In this document: one piece after another, positions 13,026-26,759 of the stretch
Layout of the letters: each line of letters opens with the position of its first letter
Position numbering within the stretch: the stretch's first letter is position 1
DNA from: Octopus sinensis
Lineage: Eukaryota
Assembly: GCF_006345805.1 (NCBI RefSeq)
Contig: NC_043000.1
Location: 46,314,001-46,378,000, forward strand
DNA: 64,000 bases
Direction of reading: 5' to 3'
Made by a program: the position numbers and the translations under genes
The notes under the pieces: model-generated
What the model saw: the letters and a program-made list of their open reading frames with translations, nothing else
What the model was told of the DNA's origin: nothing
Database searches by the model: none

Positions 13026-14220
13026 TCTTCTGAATTAACGAAGACTGAAACTTTAAATTAACTAATCTATATTTCTAACAATGACACCCATTACCTTTTT
13101 TTGGTTCATTAAATGTAATTAGACTTTTATGAAAAATTAGACTTTTTAAGAGTGAAAGAAAACGTTATTGAATGAACAAACCATGAAATGAAACTGAAGC
13201 TTGGAATTCCTCAATTTGTTTTTATGTCTGTTTTTTTATGCTAGCATGGGTTAGATGAATACATATTACTGAGATATTGTTTTAAAGCCCATGTCTTTTC
13301 TGTAGCTAATCCTTACCTGTTTTTAAAGTATGATTGCCTTCATTCCACACATTTGTGAACAAGCAGAGCTACTAGACAATCTGTTGACAGAGAAATGTCA
13401 AGAAACACCACTGTCCATAACTCAAAGAATTTTTCATGTAAAGCATAGAATGTAAACATTCACATATATACACCCATTGATACATGAATACACACAGAGA
13501 CTTACACACACTGCAGGCTTTGTACAGTTTCCATCTAATGAAATCACTGGGGCTAAAATAAAAGACACTTGCCCAAGGTACTGTTCAGTCAGATTGAACC
13601 TGAAACCTTGCGGTTACATGACAATCTTCTGAGCAATGCAACTGTGCTTTTATTGAGTCTGAGAAATATCAAGATGCTATGTAGCAAGAGAATTAATGAG
13701 CAAAAACAAATAAGTAGCAAAACATCTCATTGAGAGTAAAACAACCCTGGTGAGATTTATTCTTCCTCATACAAGTAAATCAAAGGTAACTTATCCAAAA
13801 CTACAGCTTTTGCACAACACAGAGTAAAGTGTCAGCATTATTACAGGCGTTGTTATTTACAGATTAATTCTAATTGAGTATATATATATATATGGAAAGT
13901 TATTCAAGCCATGACAATCCCAGTTTTTATCCAGACACAGTATACCTAAGATTAAATTATTTAATATTATCATTCTTCACTAAGATGGTGTGATTTTATT
14001 GAGATTTGATAGTGGATGGCTTATGTGAGCTGAGGATATATCATTGCAGTATTCAGTTTCAGCCTTCTGAGCCATGACTTAAGTACTATAAAGTGACTTT
14101 TCATGTCACTTACATTAATAAAATAAAAGCCACTAATATATTACATTTTAATGCAGCTGATTTGGATGCTTCTCTTTAACAGTTTTCGTCATTAAAGTTG
14201 CAAATGAAGTTTAGTCTTAC

Positions 14221-14251
14221 TGGACTTTATTCCCATCCTTGATTTCCGGAG
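14221..14251 (-). CDS. Candidate 31-nt exon (PEIKDGNKV, phase 1 to 2)
   Basis: atatatattag|CTCCGGAAATCAAGGATGGGAATAAAGTCCA|gtaaga. GC-richer than its flanks, but the polypyrimidine tract is weak. Confidence 0.35.
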
Positions 14252-15786
14252 CTAATATATATTACTCAGCTAATAAATAAAATATGGTTCTTTTAGCAGG
14301 CTATGCATTTGGTCAGCAGCTGTTTCACTGTGTAAAGTTCGCTCATAATAAATATAAGATCTTGAAGAATTTCGATATCAATGGTTTTACTATATCATGA
14401 TTCTCTGATAAATCTCTGTCAGGAGTGATAAAATTACTCTGCATAAACTACTCATAAATATATATATCACACTGATGGGAATCATACTGATAAATATTCA
14501 AATTACCAAGATATTTGCATCAAGGCATACTTAGTACAAACATTAGTTAAATGAACTCTCAGTATAATAATAAAAATGAGAATAAAATAAAAATGATGAT
14601 TATATTCAAATTTTAACAGCAGCCATATGTAGCTGTGCATAAAAAAATTACATTTACTCTAATTACTTTGTGGATAATGATTTTATAGTAAAAATTAAAC
14701 CATAATTTGGTGAAACCTTAAATGTTTCTTTTTTCAATTAATGAATTTTATTGTAATAGTATGCTCAGTTGCCAAATATCTGTTCTTCAAACATAAACTA
14801 AGATACTAAAATTTAAATCTACTGCACAGATTAGTTTTAGTTCAGATTCTGTAACTGCATTACATTATGTGTCTGACTAAAACGCCCACAGGAAATAGAT
14901 AGCAAAAGTACACATAATTTCTGTTAGAAGAATCAGGCTGTTGAAATGGATATTTAAATGAACTTCTATTTTTTTACTGAAATCCACCAATTGATATTTG
15001 TTATATTCTAAGTTTATTTTACATTCATTATGGCCAACAATAGAGTTTATAAGGATTGAGAAATAAACTAGACCATAGACAGAGTTGAAAACAAAATATG
15101 TAGGTTGCAACTCTGTACACCATCTGATTAACCACTGCATCTCTGAATGTACAGTATGATCCTCAATTAGGCAATGGGTAAGTGGAACACAGCAAATCCT
15201 TCAGCCAAATATTATATTATGTAAAACTACTTAATCAGAGTTGACAGAGTGGATTACACAACAAATACAACAACATTCATTACAATCTTCAGGTGGTTGA
15301 TTTGAAAGAAATAGAAAGTAAATCTTCATCAGTTACATCATGGTATCTTAAAAAGGAAGGACACATTTGCTAATGTTATCTTAGATACTTCTAACGAAGG
15401 CAGGGTGGTCACAGTTCTGGTTGTGAGATTGTCCAAAGCAATACATTTTAATAAAAAGAGATAGTTCTCAATTATTTAGTACCATATGAACTGGGATAGA
15501 CCTCAACATGCTTGTTCACCAAGTAATATAAATAATTGATATATATAACACATCCATTTATACATACATATACCTTTACCAATACATACATACACACACA
15601 CACATATATATATTTTTCTCTGTATGTATATTTATCTGTCATACACAACAGAAGCAGTATCAGATTAAAATAGACTTGTGTAATTTACTTAAGGTAAATA
15701 CATAATGAAAGGCAAATTTTCTGTGGTATTCCTCCTGAGATAATACCTTTTATGTATGTGCTGTGTTTAGAAACAACATAAATACT

Positions 15787-16361
15787 GGAAGCAAATGGAA
15801 ATCATCCAGCAGAGGCTGATAAGAATGTTAGATACATTTCTGCCTCATTGGGCATTATCAATATTATCTATCCACAGCCTACCACATGTGTAAATGAAAT
15901 TTGCCACCACTGATATAAAGTAATGAATGAACAATGGTGCTGCAAATAGCCACCCAGCAGAATAAAAATCTATGATATGCAACAGATGTAGTATTGGATT
16001 AGAACAGCCATCTGTATATTATACTTAATGTGAATACATCATGTAAAGCAAATTTCCTGCAGTATCTGTCCTGACATATTGTCCATTATGGACATGATGT
16101 TTCTATAAATATATATATATAGGTGGCAGGCAATATAATTTGATGATATACTTCACTTTCATATAATGGATATTTATTAAGGCAGGCAACAATTCGGAAT
16201 GCCACTGATGGTTTATTCACTGTTTTTCTATATTGGTGGCAGCAAATTTCATTTAAACATGTAGCTGGCTGTGAGCATACATGTAATTGACAATGTGCAA
16301 GAGGGCAGAAATGCATCTAGGCGGTTTACCAGTCACTGCTGGATGATTTTCCTCTGCCTCC
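15787..16361. repeat. Old diverged inverted repeat (fold-back element)
   Basis: 15787-15916 is approximately the reverse complement of 16228-16361, e.g. aaatcatccagcag/ctgctggatgattt and taaatgaaatttg/caaatttcattta. Confidence 0.7.
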
Positions 16362-16569
16362 TATATATATACTGTTTTTAAACACAACTTATCCATAACA
16401 GATATCATCAGTATCACAGTAAATATGCCTTTCATAATGATTTATTCGCATTACATATGCAGATGCCTTCTCTCTCTCTCTCCTGCTTCCCCCTCTCTCT
16501 TTTCTATTATATATTACACACACTTGAAATGTATGCATTAAATAATTTCAAAATATCACTATTTGATTT

Positions 16570-17280
16570 GATTTTGAAGACCTCAATAAAATGTAAGCAC
16601 AACAGAGCTGATATAATGATTTGGGATAGAGAAGAGAAACTATGCACAGTTTTTGAAATTAGCTGCCCAGCAGATGTTAACATAAGCTGAAGTGAAAAAG
16701 AGAACACTTATGCTGAACTATTGAGAAATCTATAGTTACTCTATCTAGAATACAAATTCAGGTTTATACCTGCCATTAATGGGGCCCTCAGATATGTAAC
16801 ACACTGCCAGACTACCAATCTTGAGAAATTAGGCTTCTCAAAAAAAAAGAGAGAAAGCTAATTCGAAGACTACAGATCCAATCTATCACTGGAACTGTAA
16901 AAATCTGTAAAACTTTCCAGAAGATTATAATTTAAATATATCTGAGCATGTCTAGATATGTAACAATATGCATGAGAATACATGCATAAAACATACATAC
17001 ATACATACAAACAAACATACATACATACAAACAAACATACATACATGCATATATACATACATACATGCATACATACATACATACATGCATACATACATAC
17101 ATACATACATACATACATACATACATACATACATACATACATACAAACAAAATACCTTGTTGTTGACGTTGAAATTCCAATAAAGGAACCTTGGATCTAA
17201 GTTAGAAACTGGTTCTTTCTCTATTGGCAAGAAATCTTGAAATAAACTGAATAATGACATACATACATACATACATACAA
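16570..17280 (+). mobile_element. R4/NeSL-type LINE 3' part with restriction-like endonuclease remnant, ending in (CATA)n
   Basis: KHNRADIMIWDREEKLCTVFEISCPADVN...EKENTYAELL...GTVKICKTF matches the RLE motif R(P)D..E..CP..K..Y. The 3' UTR ends aataatgacatacatac. Confidence 0.75.
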
Positions 17281-17596
17281 ACAAACAACCAAATGTGCAC
17301 ATAAACTTCTAATTTATTCTAATATATCGTACAATATTTAAGAAGCTTTGCCATGGTAATAGAATGCATAAATTGTCTCTACTGATTTCATGTCAGTTGT
17401 GACTGCTACACAATGGGATTCAGTGAAGAATGCAGCTACATATCTTACTGAGCTTATTTTTCTTAGCTTTAATGAATTTTCTGAGGCAGTAATCTATGGC
17501 AAGTTGCCCATCCTGACAGTAACCCATATAATTACCTTTTGCAACATGCAAAGACATATATGTAGTCAGCATAGATATATAAATATGTGTGCAGGT

Positions 17597-17932
17597 GTAT
17601 GAAGGTGTATGACTCAAGGGTAAGAGCATCGCACTCACAAACATGCTGTAGTGAGTTCAATTGCCAGGCCAGGTTGTGTGTTGTGTTCTTGAGCAAAACA
17701 CTTTATTTCCTGTTGCTCTAGTCCACTCAGCTGTAGAAATGGGTTGCGATGTCACTGGTACCAAGCTGTATAGGCCTTTGCTTTACTCTTGGATAACATC
17801 AGTGGCATGGAGAAGGGAAGGCTGGTATGCATGAGTGAGTGCTGGTCTTTCATAAACAAATCTTGTACATTGGAGGGGAATTTTCTAGTACAATCTTATG
17901 GTCATTCCTGACAGAAATGGGTCCTTCATTTC
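17597..17932 (+). mobile_element. SINE family D head with alternative tail
   Basis: Family D head and core (ttgagcaaaacacttt..ctagtccactcagctg). The tail gatgtcactggtaccaagctgta is shared with 53949. Confidence 0.75.
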
Positions 17933-18169
17933 CTTTCATAGATAGATGTATGCATGCATGTGTGTGTGTGTGGGGGGGGGTGCACATGTGAAAATGTTTC
18001 TTTGTATATCAAATATAACAAAGTACTTCACATATTTATATACATATATTTCTTTTCTGTCTCACTAAGCTGTAATGGGAGACAGAAACAGGTGTCTTGC
18101 TATAGAGGAGTTACAAGGTTACTCAGACGGAGAGAGCGAGATCAGGAATGAAGAAAAAGAACGGCAAAA

Positions 18170-18476
18170 GTGACAGATAGAATAGCTACTAGACTTAGAA
18201 AGAATAAGTCCTGGGGTCGATTTGTTCAACTAAAGGCAGTGCTCCAGCATGGACGCAGTCAAATGACTGAAACAAGTAAAAGAGCAAAAGAGTAAAAGAA
18301 CAAAAGAGTAAATGACAGGCTTCTTTCAGTTTCCCTCTACCAAATCCACTCACAAAGCTTTGGTCGGCTTGAGGCTATAGTAGAAGACACTTGCCCAAAG
18401 GGCCACACAGTGGGATCGAACCTGGAACCATGTGGTTGGGAAGCAAGTTTCTTACCACACATCCATTCCTGCACCT
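18170..18476. mobile_element. Two SINE family A halves in opposite orientation
   Basis: 3' half on + (18170-18312, gtaaaaga tail) abuts a 5' half on - (18315-18476). Confidence 0.75.
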
Positions 18477-18514
18477 ATATATATGTGTGTGTGCATGTGT
18501 GTGTGTGTGTATAC

Positions 18515-18548
<34 letters not shown>

Positions 18549-19135
18549 ATGCAAGTATCTATCTGTCTATTTATCTATTTACTTCTCCCTCTTTCTCTCT
18601 CTCATTCTCTCCACACACACACATTTGTTTTCTGTTCTTCTAAATTATTCATTTATATTTATTGTTTACATAATATTTTTTTATAATACATTTTGGTGAC
18701 AGAACTAACAGAGAAAGCTATCAGTTGAACTAGTTTCAGAGATGAAAGTTTTTTTAAGTGATCTTGATGGATCTTGGTGACAATATCATTCACATATATA
18801 ACAAACAAGTAATCTCAGGTAAATAAACTCCACAAACTTTTGACACATTCATAAATATAAGTTTAATATATTTATGAATTAATGTCATTCTTAATAGAAT
18901 CCAAGATATAAGATAATGGTTGGAGGAAATCTTCAACATTCAAATAATCTTTTATTGTTTTAATCATTATAAAATACTAACAAAATTTATATAAATTCTC
19001 CCCTCATATTTCATTCTCTTTGGATCAAATCTTTCAAACTATTTTCAATAAAAATCTGATTATTTTTACTATACTAGTCTACATCAAATGTCATTTTCAA
19101 TTCTTCTTTTAATGAGTTATTTTTGACAGCACAGG

Positions 19136-19205
<70 letters not shown>

Positions 19206-19292
19206 TTGATATAGACTTGCATAGTAAGAATAATTAAATTTTTTATCGAAAATATTTTGAAATATTTAATACAAAGGGAATTAAATAATATA

Positions 19293-19696
19293 AGTGAAGG
19301 TTTTATATAAATGTTTTGGTATTTTATTGAGGTTGAAACAAAAAAGTTTTTCATTTAAATGCTGAAGATGTCTCCAACTGTTACTTTTTAGGTCACTAGT
19401 GTGAATGTGCATAAAAAATTACTGTGATATGTACAGATATATAGATACATAAATGCATGTGTTGTGTGTGTGTGCAAATAATACATTATATATATATAAT
19501 GTATTATGTGTGTGTTGTGCACACACACACAACACATGCATTTATGTATCAATATATCTGTACATATCACAGTAATTTTTTATGCACATTCACACTAGTG
19601 ACCTAAAAAGTAACAGTTGGAGACATCTTCAGCATTTAAATGAAAAACTTTTTTGTTTCAACCTCAATAAAATACCAAAACATTTATATAAAACCT

Positions 19697-19701
<5 letters not shown>
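19293..19701. repeat. Near-perfect 184-bp-arm inverted repeat
   Basis: 19293-19476 is the reverse complement of 19518-19701 with one mismatch seen. The spacer contains a perfect 30-bp palindrome (19478-19507). Confidence 0.95.
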
Positions 19702-19749
<48 letters not shown>

Positions 19750-19752
<3 letters not shown>

Positions 19753-20048
19753 GAGGCGCAATGGCCCAGTGGTTGGGGCAGGGGTCTCGCGGTCGTAGGA
19801 TCGCGGTTTCGATTCCGAGGCCGAGCGTTGTGAGTGTTTATTGAGCGAAAACACCTAAAAACCTCCACGAGGCTCCGGCAGGGGGTGGTGATCCCTGCTG
19901 TACTCTTTCACCACTCTTTCTTCTGTTGGCCTGCTCGCTTAGCCAGCGGGGTGGCGCCATTCGAAGGCTAAAACAATGCGCACGCATTGTGACCAGCGAT
20001 GTGTAACAACATCTGATGGTCTGGTCAGTCTTGTGATCGTGATCGTGA
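19750..20048 (+). mobile_element. SINE family C (tail type 2) inserted in (TA)n
   Basis: Family C head. The tail ...ggcctgctcgcttagccagcgg...gtgatcgtgat is also present at 49053-49172, again in (TA)n. Confidence 0.85.
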
Positions 20049-20059
20049 TATATATATAT

Positions 20060-20138
20060 GTGGGCAAGTGTCTTCTACTAAAGCCTCAGGCCATCCAAAT
20101 CCTTGTGAGTGGATTTGGTAGACAGAAACAAAAAGAAG

Positions 20139-20215
<77 letters not shown>

Positions 20216-20378
20216 ATATATGTATATGTATCTAAGTTTGTCTGTATTTATGTCTATGTCTGTCTCCCATCACCACTTACCAACTGGTCTTGGTGTGTTT
20301 ATGTCCTCTGACTTAGTGGTTCAGCAAAAGAGACCAATAGAATAAGTACTAGGCTCTGAAAAAAGTCCTGGGGTCAAT
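20060..20378 (+). mobile_element. SINE family A, 5' truncated
   Basis: gggcaagtgtcttctact...gtgagtggatttggtaga, then internal microsatellite, then aagagaccaatagaataagtact. Confidence 0.8.
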
Positions 20379-20505
20379 TAGTGTGTCTAAATCCTAAGCC
20401 ACATATATATGTGTGTGTGCATGCATGTATATATATATATATATTATTTTATTCTTTTATATGTTTCAGCTCTAGGCTGTGGCCATGCTGGGGCACTGAT
20501 ATATA

Positions 20506-21395
20506 CAGGGTGCAATGGATAACTTGTTGCCATTTTATGTTTTTGATTTTGCACATGTGCCTTTTTGTTTTAGATTTTGTCTACTACAAGTATAGTAGGG
20601 TAAGTTGGGAACCGTCTGTGAGAAAAACCATCATCATGTCACAGTTCACTTGACCAGAAATTTGGAAACAATATGCTGTACAGCTTGGCATTAATGCTGG
20701 AATCTTCAATACAAACATTCCAGAGTGCTTAGGTGTCAGTCTGAGGACATTGCAATCTGAGAACATGTACTGAGTGCAATGAAAATCAAACATCCAGTCA
20801 ACATCATGGTGTTTGGAGTGATCACTAGCGATGGTGATGTTATGCCTCCATTCATCTTCCCACACAGCCTCAAATTCAACATGGAGATATACATCAAGTG
20901 CCTGGAGGAGGTAGCGCTGCCCTGGGTCAAGAAGGTGGCTGCTGGAAGATCCTTCTGTCTGGCAGCAGGACTCTGCACTATGCTACACAAGCAGGAGGAC
21001 CCAGTCATGGCTTTCAGATAATTTCTGCTACCACATCCCCCTCAACATCTGGCCACCTAACTCCACAGACTGCAACCTGCTTCCTTACTATGTGTGAGGC
21101 ACAGTTGAGCAGGAAACCAACAAAACTCCTTGAAACACCAAAGCTGAACTGAAGCTAAAGATTATGGCAGCATTGACTAACTTAAACAAGGAGACCATCC
21201 AGAAGAGTTGCAGGAGATTCTGAAGTCGTCTGGAGGCCGTGGTTGAAGCCAATGACGATTTTAGTGAACAAATTTCCTCTTTAGTATTTCAAGATATTTC
21301 TATGTAATTTTGATAAATATATCTGTTAAAATGAGATGTTAACATTATTTTAAATTTTTGCATTATTTAGATGACAATATATTCACTGTGCCCTG
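20506..21395 (+). mobile_element. Internally deleted Tc1/mariner element of the DD37D (maT) type
   Basis: Degenerate TIRs cagggtgcaatggata/tattcactgtgccctg in TA context. Transposase remnant IMVFGVITSDGDVMPPFIF..WQQD-x37-[D>P]YYV* with WPPNSTDCN. Confidence 0.85.
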
Positions 21396-21660
21396 CATAT
21401 ATATATATATGTATGTATATATACATACACACATATATATAATCAAATGAATAATAATAGATGATGGATAATTGTCAGCTCATTACAGTTGTTTCTTACG
21501 CATCTTTTTAATAGAAGAATGAGAACACTACACTGTTATGAAAAGCTGAAATTTTACAAAGGAAAAGAATATCCTAAGGATACAGCAGGGATGTGGCTGA
21601 AGTCTGTGATATATATACATATATTCATGCTTATATGTATGTATATATATATATATGTAT

Positions 21661-21828
21661 AGGCATAGGAGTGTCTGCATGCTAAGTAGCTTGCTAATGA
21701 ACTTCATGGTTCCGGGTTCAGTCCCACTGCATGGCACCTTGGGCAAGTGTCTTCTACTATAGCATCAGGCCAACCAAAGCCTTGTGAGTGGATTTGGTAG
21801 ATGGAAACTGAAAGAAGCCCGTTGTATG

Positions 21829-21879
<51 letters not shown>

Positions 21880-22098
21880 GTATGTATGTGTATATGTTTG
21901 TGTATCTGTGTTTGTTCCCCCAACATTGCTTGACAACCGATGCTGGTGTGTTTGCGTCCCTGTAACTTAGCGGTTTGGCAAAAGAGACCGATAGAATAAG
22001 TACTAGGCTTACAAAGAATAAATCCTTGGGCGATGTGCTCAACTAAAGGTGGTGCTTCAGCATGGCCACAGTTAAATGACTGAAACAAGTAAAAGAAT
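21661..22098 (+). mobile_element. Full-length SINE family A
   Basis: tRNA-like head (ggttccgggttcagtccc), internal TA tract, tail aaatgactgaaacaagtaaaaga. Confidence 0.9.
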
Positions 22099-23149
22099 AT
22101 ATATGCATATATATGTATATGTATATAACATGGTATTTATGAGTAAATGGAACTGTTGGTTCCCTGTATTACATTTGTTTTAGAAGCTGTCATGGGTTTG
22201 ATGAATAATAGCAATGATAATTTCTTACATTGGTATATGGGCTACGAATTTGTAAAGAAAATGGTTTGATATATTGTATCAACTTAAAATCATTCCTGAT
22301 AGATTTTGAGCTTTTGTAAATGAAAGACTATTTTAATCTTCGTAGCATTTGAACTCAGAACAATGAAGGAATGGCATTAAAGAGTGACAAACATTAAGGC
22401 TGATGCTCTACAATCTTCTACCATTCTACTGCAGTAATATAAACAACTATGTAACTTCTTTATTTATTATAACACCACTATAGTGACTATACTGATTACA
22501 ATAACAAAAGTCATTCAACTGTTCCAAAAAATAAAAGAAAAACTGTGAGACGACTTTGAAATATGAAACAGCATTACACAAATAACTTGATTAATCTAGA
22601 ACTGCTTCAGAGTTTCAACAAAAATAACTTCATATTCTGCCCAAACAATTCTAATATACAGACACTTTACATGTTTCTTCACCAATACCATTTATCATCA
22701 TATGAACAAAAAAAAAAATGATAAAACCCTCAATTGTACTCCACTGTGAAGTTATCTGTATTTCTTCAGTTCTAGTCACTTCAAATAAATGGAAGGAATT
22801 ATAAAGAAATAGTTTCTCACAAAGTAACAGAATGATTTTTACCAAAATAACTTTTTTTTTAGAGTATTGTTCTATCATAAATCAAAAAGACAATAAGGTT
22901 TTTTGTGTTCTTCTACTTCTTTGTAGTGAAAGTAAAATAAAAACAGATTATACATACTCTATAATACCATGAAACTATCATTCTTAGACACTTTTTATCA
23001 CTGTTTCCATGACCACTGTTCTTGACAATTTCCTTCACATGCTCCACTGATTAGCTGCACGCATCAGACAATGTGCTTTGAAACATTTAGGTCACTGTTT
23101 TAAGAAAACAGCTACCTTGTGTGCAGTCAATTCTATATCTCTTTGTTGT

Positions 23150-23672
23150 TCTTGTGGGTGTTTAGCCTCAGGTCTGCTCCAATCCAATAGACTTTATGAT
23201 CAAAGGCATTCCAACTATGAACATCCCATATCATATTTACCAAAGTATACTTAAAAATATATCATCCCATGTGTCCTATTTCTCTCAAAGGTGATAGAGA
23301 GGCAATATTTATCCTCATCTAATTGTGGATGTTCTGTTAGAACAAACTACATAGTGGTAGATACTGAGAGAAATTCTCACATAGGCTTTTGGTACCAAAT
23401 ATACTCTTGTTGATATCACTAGCAGGGATAAACAAGAGTGTGTTTAGCACTAAAGCCATGAGAGTTTCTCTCATGGTATTTGCTGCAATATAATAATATA
23501 ATTTGTCCTAAGAGAACATCCATGTTTAAGTGGGCAGAGTTATTGCCTCCCAGTATTAGCATTGCCTCTGTTGTTAATATATATATTATAAAGATGGCAG
23601 AGTGTGAATTGAGGGAGATTCACATCTATTTTTAGTTGTCCAAGTGACCATGTAGAAACTCATTCATTGACT
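23150..23672. repeat. Old interspersed repeat family E, split copy
   Basis: tgtttagcctcaggtc..tatgatcaaaggcattcca..tgtgaattgagggagatt. Related copies at about 13845, 25960, 30370(-), 33870(-), 40795 and 58755. Confidence 0.6.
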
Positions 23673-24369
23673 GAAGTATCAATTTGTATTGCATATTCTG
23701 GATGCATTTGTTTTTACCGAAATTAATTTGATCTGATATCTGATGGCTACACATATATCTATATGGGAATTTTATGCAGTAAGGAGGGGGAAAAAAGTTT
23801 TATGATTGGTGTAGTATATCAATAAAGATGACAACTATTAATTATATGGAATCTACAGAATTCAAGAACGAAGAAATTCTCAATCAGATGGATTTGCATT
23901 ATGAATCTAAACCATGCCATAAACCTAAAATAAGCTTAGGCAACATGAAATTAAAATGATTTAATGTTGCCAAAAGTGTCACCAAAATATGGTAGTGACA
24001 TAAACGAAACCTGACAAGAATTTCAGCGCAACTAACCTATCTGGCTGATAATAGTATTCATGACTGACAAAAATGCAACTATGCGAGAACACCATCAGCT
24101 ATTATTAACAAGGAATATGGTGGATTACAAACTAGTGTATTACTGTAGCGGTTAATTTCTGCACCACAGAGCTGGCTTGTCTTGTTCTATCCTCGCCTAG
24201 TCCATCTTTACTCATTTATCTCTGTGATATTTGTTCTGCTCAATTTGAATAGATGCTGTTACGCTGCTTGCAGTATTATCAATATAGTGAAGAAGTAGTT
24301 GGTCAGTTGAAAACTTCCAAGTCAAATGTTTTTTAAAATAGTAAAATACCAGCCCAACCATAATAAAAT

Positions 24370-24569
24370 CATCCTCATCATCATCATCATCGTTTAACAT
24401 CCACTTTCCATTCTAGCATGGGTTGGACGATTTGACTGAGGGCTGGTGAAACAGATGGCTGCACCAGGCTTCAATCTTGATCTGGCAGAGTTTCTACAGC
24501 TGGCCGCCCTTCTTAATGCCAACCACTCCGAGAGAGTAGTGAGTGCTTTTACGTGCCACTGGCACGGGA
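24370..24569 (-). mobile_element. RTE-family 3' end fragment
   Basis: Same tail as 1561. Confidence 0.8.
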
Positions 24570-26196
24570 AATATTATAGATATTCCTCTCCTCTCTCTTA
24601 ATGAAGAAGATAAAAATTTTTTTGCACCTTTATAATTATTGTTCCCTTGCTACGATGCTGGACACATTTGAATAGTTTAAAACCATCTTAATTCCATTAA
24701 ATACGGCAGTTTTTCAACAACCTTTTTCAGTTCTCATATATTACATTCCACCCCACCCCACCCCCACACACCTAGAAAAACACTGTTCTAAGCAACTACA
24801 CTTACTGTTCCCCAAAATATGGTATGACATACATATTTGTTTAATAATCATCATCATCATCATCACCATTTAGCGGACGCTAAATGGTGATGCTAATAAT
24901 GGTTTCTGATCTAGACACAAAAGCAGCCATTTTGAGATGAGGTGATTAGTTAATTCTAGTTGATCCCAGTACTAAATACCTTATATTATTAATACCAAAA
25001 GGATGAAAAGCAAAGTAGCACTCAGTGGAAATTGAACATAGAACAAAGTGCAAGAACAAATACTGTAACATATTTTGACTGGTCCTTTAGTGATTCTACA
25101 ACATCACCACCACCCCAAGAAGGCAGAGGATGACAGGAGGAAAATGAGGAGAGGAGCAGAGAAGAGGGGGATTTAATGATGGGAAATTAAAATTAAAAAA
25201 TGTTACAATTAAATCTGTATTTTAAATGCCTCTGAGCCATGTCTCTTTCTTTCCTGAATAGCTTCGTTAGATCTTTCGGTTGGTTCCAATCATTTATTTC
25301 TATAACAAGTCTAGGGTCACATATATCAATACATCTCAGTAGAATACTTTGAAGAAATGCCTTAAGTTTATGTTGTTGAAAGACTACATAGCTACTTTAG
25401 TAAAACATGCCACCACTGCTTTTAACCTAGTGTCTACTAAGGAAATAATGCTTTTAAAATACCTTCTATTCTACATTGAAATTTTCTTCAAATGCTTGCG
25501 CCTCTTCCTAAACTTCTCATTCTTCTTGCTCTTTGAGTTGCTGATCAGGTCAAATCATTTGCAATGAGTTCATCTTCCAAATTCAAGCCATGAATCATTC
25601 CTCTGATCATCTAAACTCACATTTACCATTTAAAATTCTTTAATCCAGTACACAGATCTTGTCATGATATGCTAATTCTATATTTACACTAGTATATACT
25701 ACGCACATTAGATTACATCCAACGAAATATAAGATTAAAATCAATTTGCTTGATAACCAAACCAATTTTACATCCCTATAAGTCACCTGTCCATTTGCCA
25801 GTAACATCTTAGGTATTTATCTTTACACCTCATTTTCTACTTATTCATTCCATTAAATGTAATCATCAGACATTTTGTTGATACAAAACTACTTTTAAAA
25901 GGTAAACTACTTTAAGCCAAACAACATTTTTTTTCAACATCTTTAGTCTTTGTTCATCACTAGGTGACAATAAATGTTAAGCTCAAAGTCAGCCATGATC
26001 AAGTACATCTATGATCAAAGCTATTCCAGCTATACAGTTGTGCTTTTTATACAGTTTATCTCTGACTACATAGTTATCCAATGTCTTTCCTAACTTTGAA
26101 GATTCTAATATTTAACTTGAGAGAAATTACATTGCTATTTCTAGCAGCCATGTAAACATTTGCTTCATTGGTTCATTCCCCACTGGAAGCCACATA

Positions 26197-26759
26197 TAGA
26201 GTGGCCCAAAAGTAGATTTACAGTTACCACATAGGCACTTTGAATTTCTTTTAAAACATTTTATCACATTTAAAATTTCTATCTTATAATCATATTGTTT
26301 ATGCACATCGTAAACAGACAATGTTTAAACTCTCAGATGCTCAAAATGTCCTCCTTCAACAGTGCAACCTTCTCCAAACCTTTTCAGAACACTGACATAC
26401 TGTGCAACACAAATTCCGATCTCCATCAATTTCAGTGAATGCATCAGAAATGCAATCTTTTAATTCATTTACTGTTTGGGGATTATTCTCATAAACCTTG
26501 TTCTTTACAACCCGACACCCCAAAAAAAGTTCATTGGTGTCAGGTCAGGTGAATGTGGTGTCCATTCAATGCTGCCCCATCTTCCAAACCAACGCTGTGG
26601 AAAGGTTTGGTTAAGGTAGTCTCTTACTGTCAAAGCATAACGAAGAGGTGCTCGATCTTGCTGAAAGAATAGCTCATGAAAATTAGCTTTGGTTCTGAGT
26701 TGTGGCACTGCCACGTCATGAAGCATTTCCAACTGTAAATCTACTTTTGGGCCAACCTG
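26197..26759 (-). mobile_element. Internally deleted Tc1/mariner element of the DD41D (rosa/VS) type
   Basis: TIRs (tggcccaaaagtagatttacagtt / aactgtaaatctacttttgggcca) flanked by TA. Remnant FFQQD-x41-[D>N]FFWG with SPDLTP. Confidence 0.85.

Noticed and set aside
21470-21530. Half hammerhead-like motif (gaaacaactgta with ctcat/atgag)
   Set aside because: The CUGANGA core is absent.
25195-25397. Stop-free minus-strand frame of about 65 codons
   Set aside because: No start codon, splice support or recognisable motif. The length is within chance expectation.
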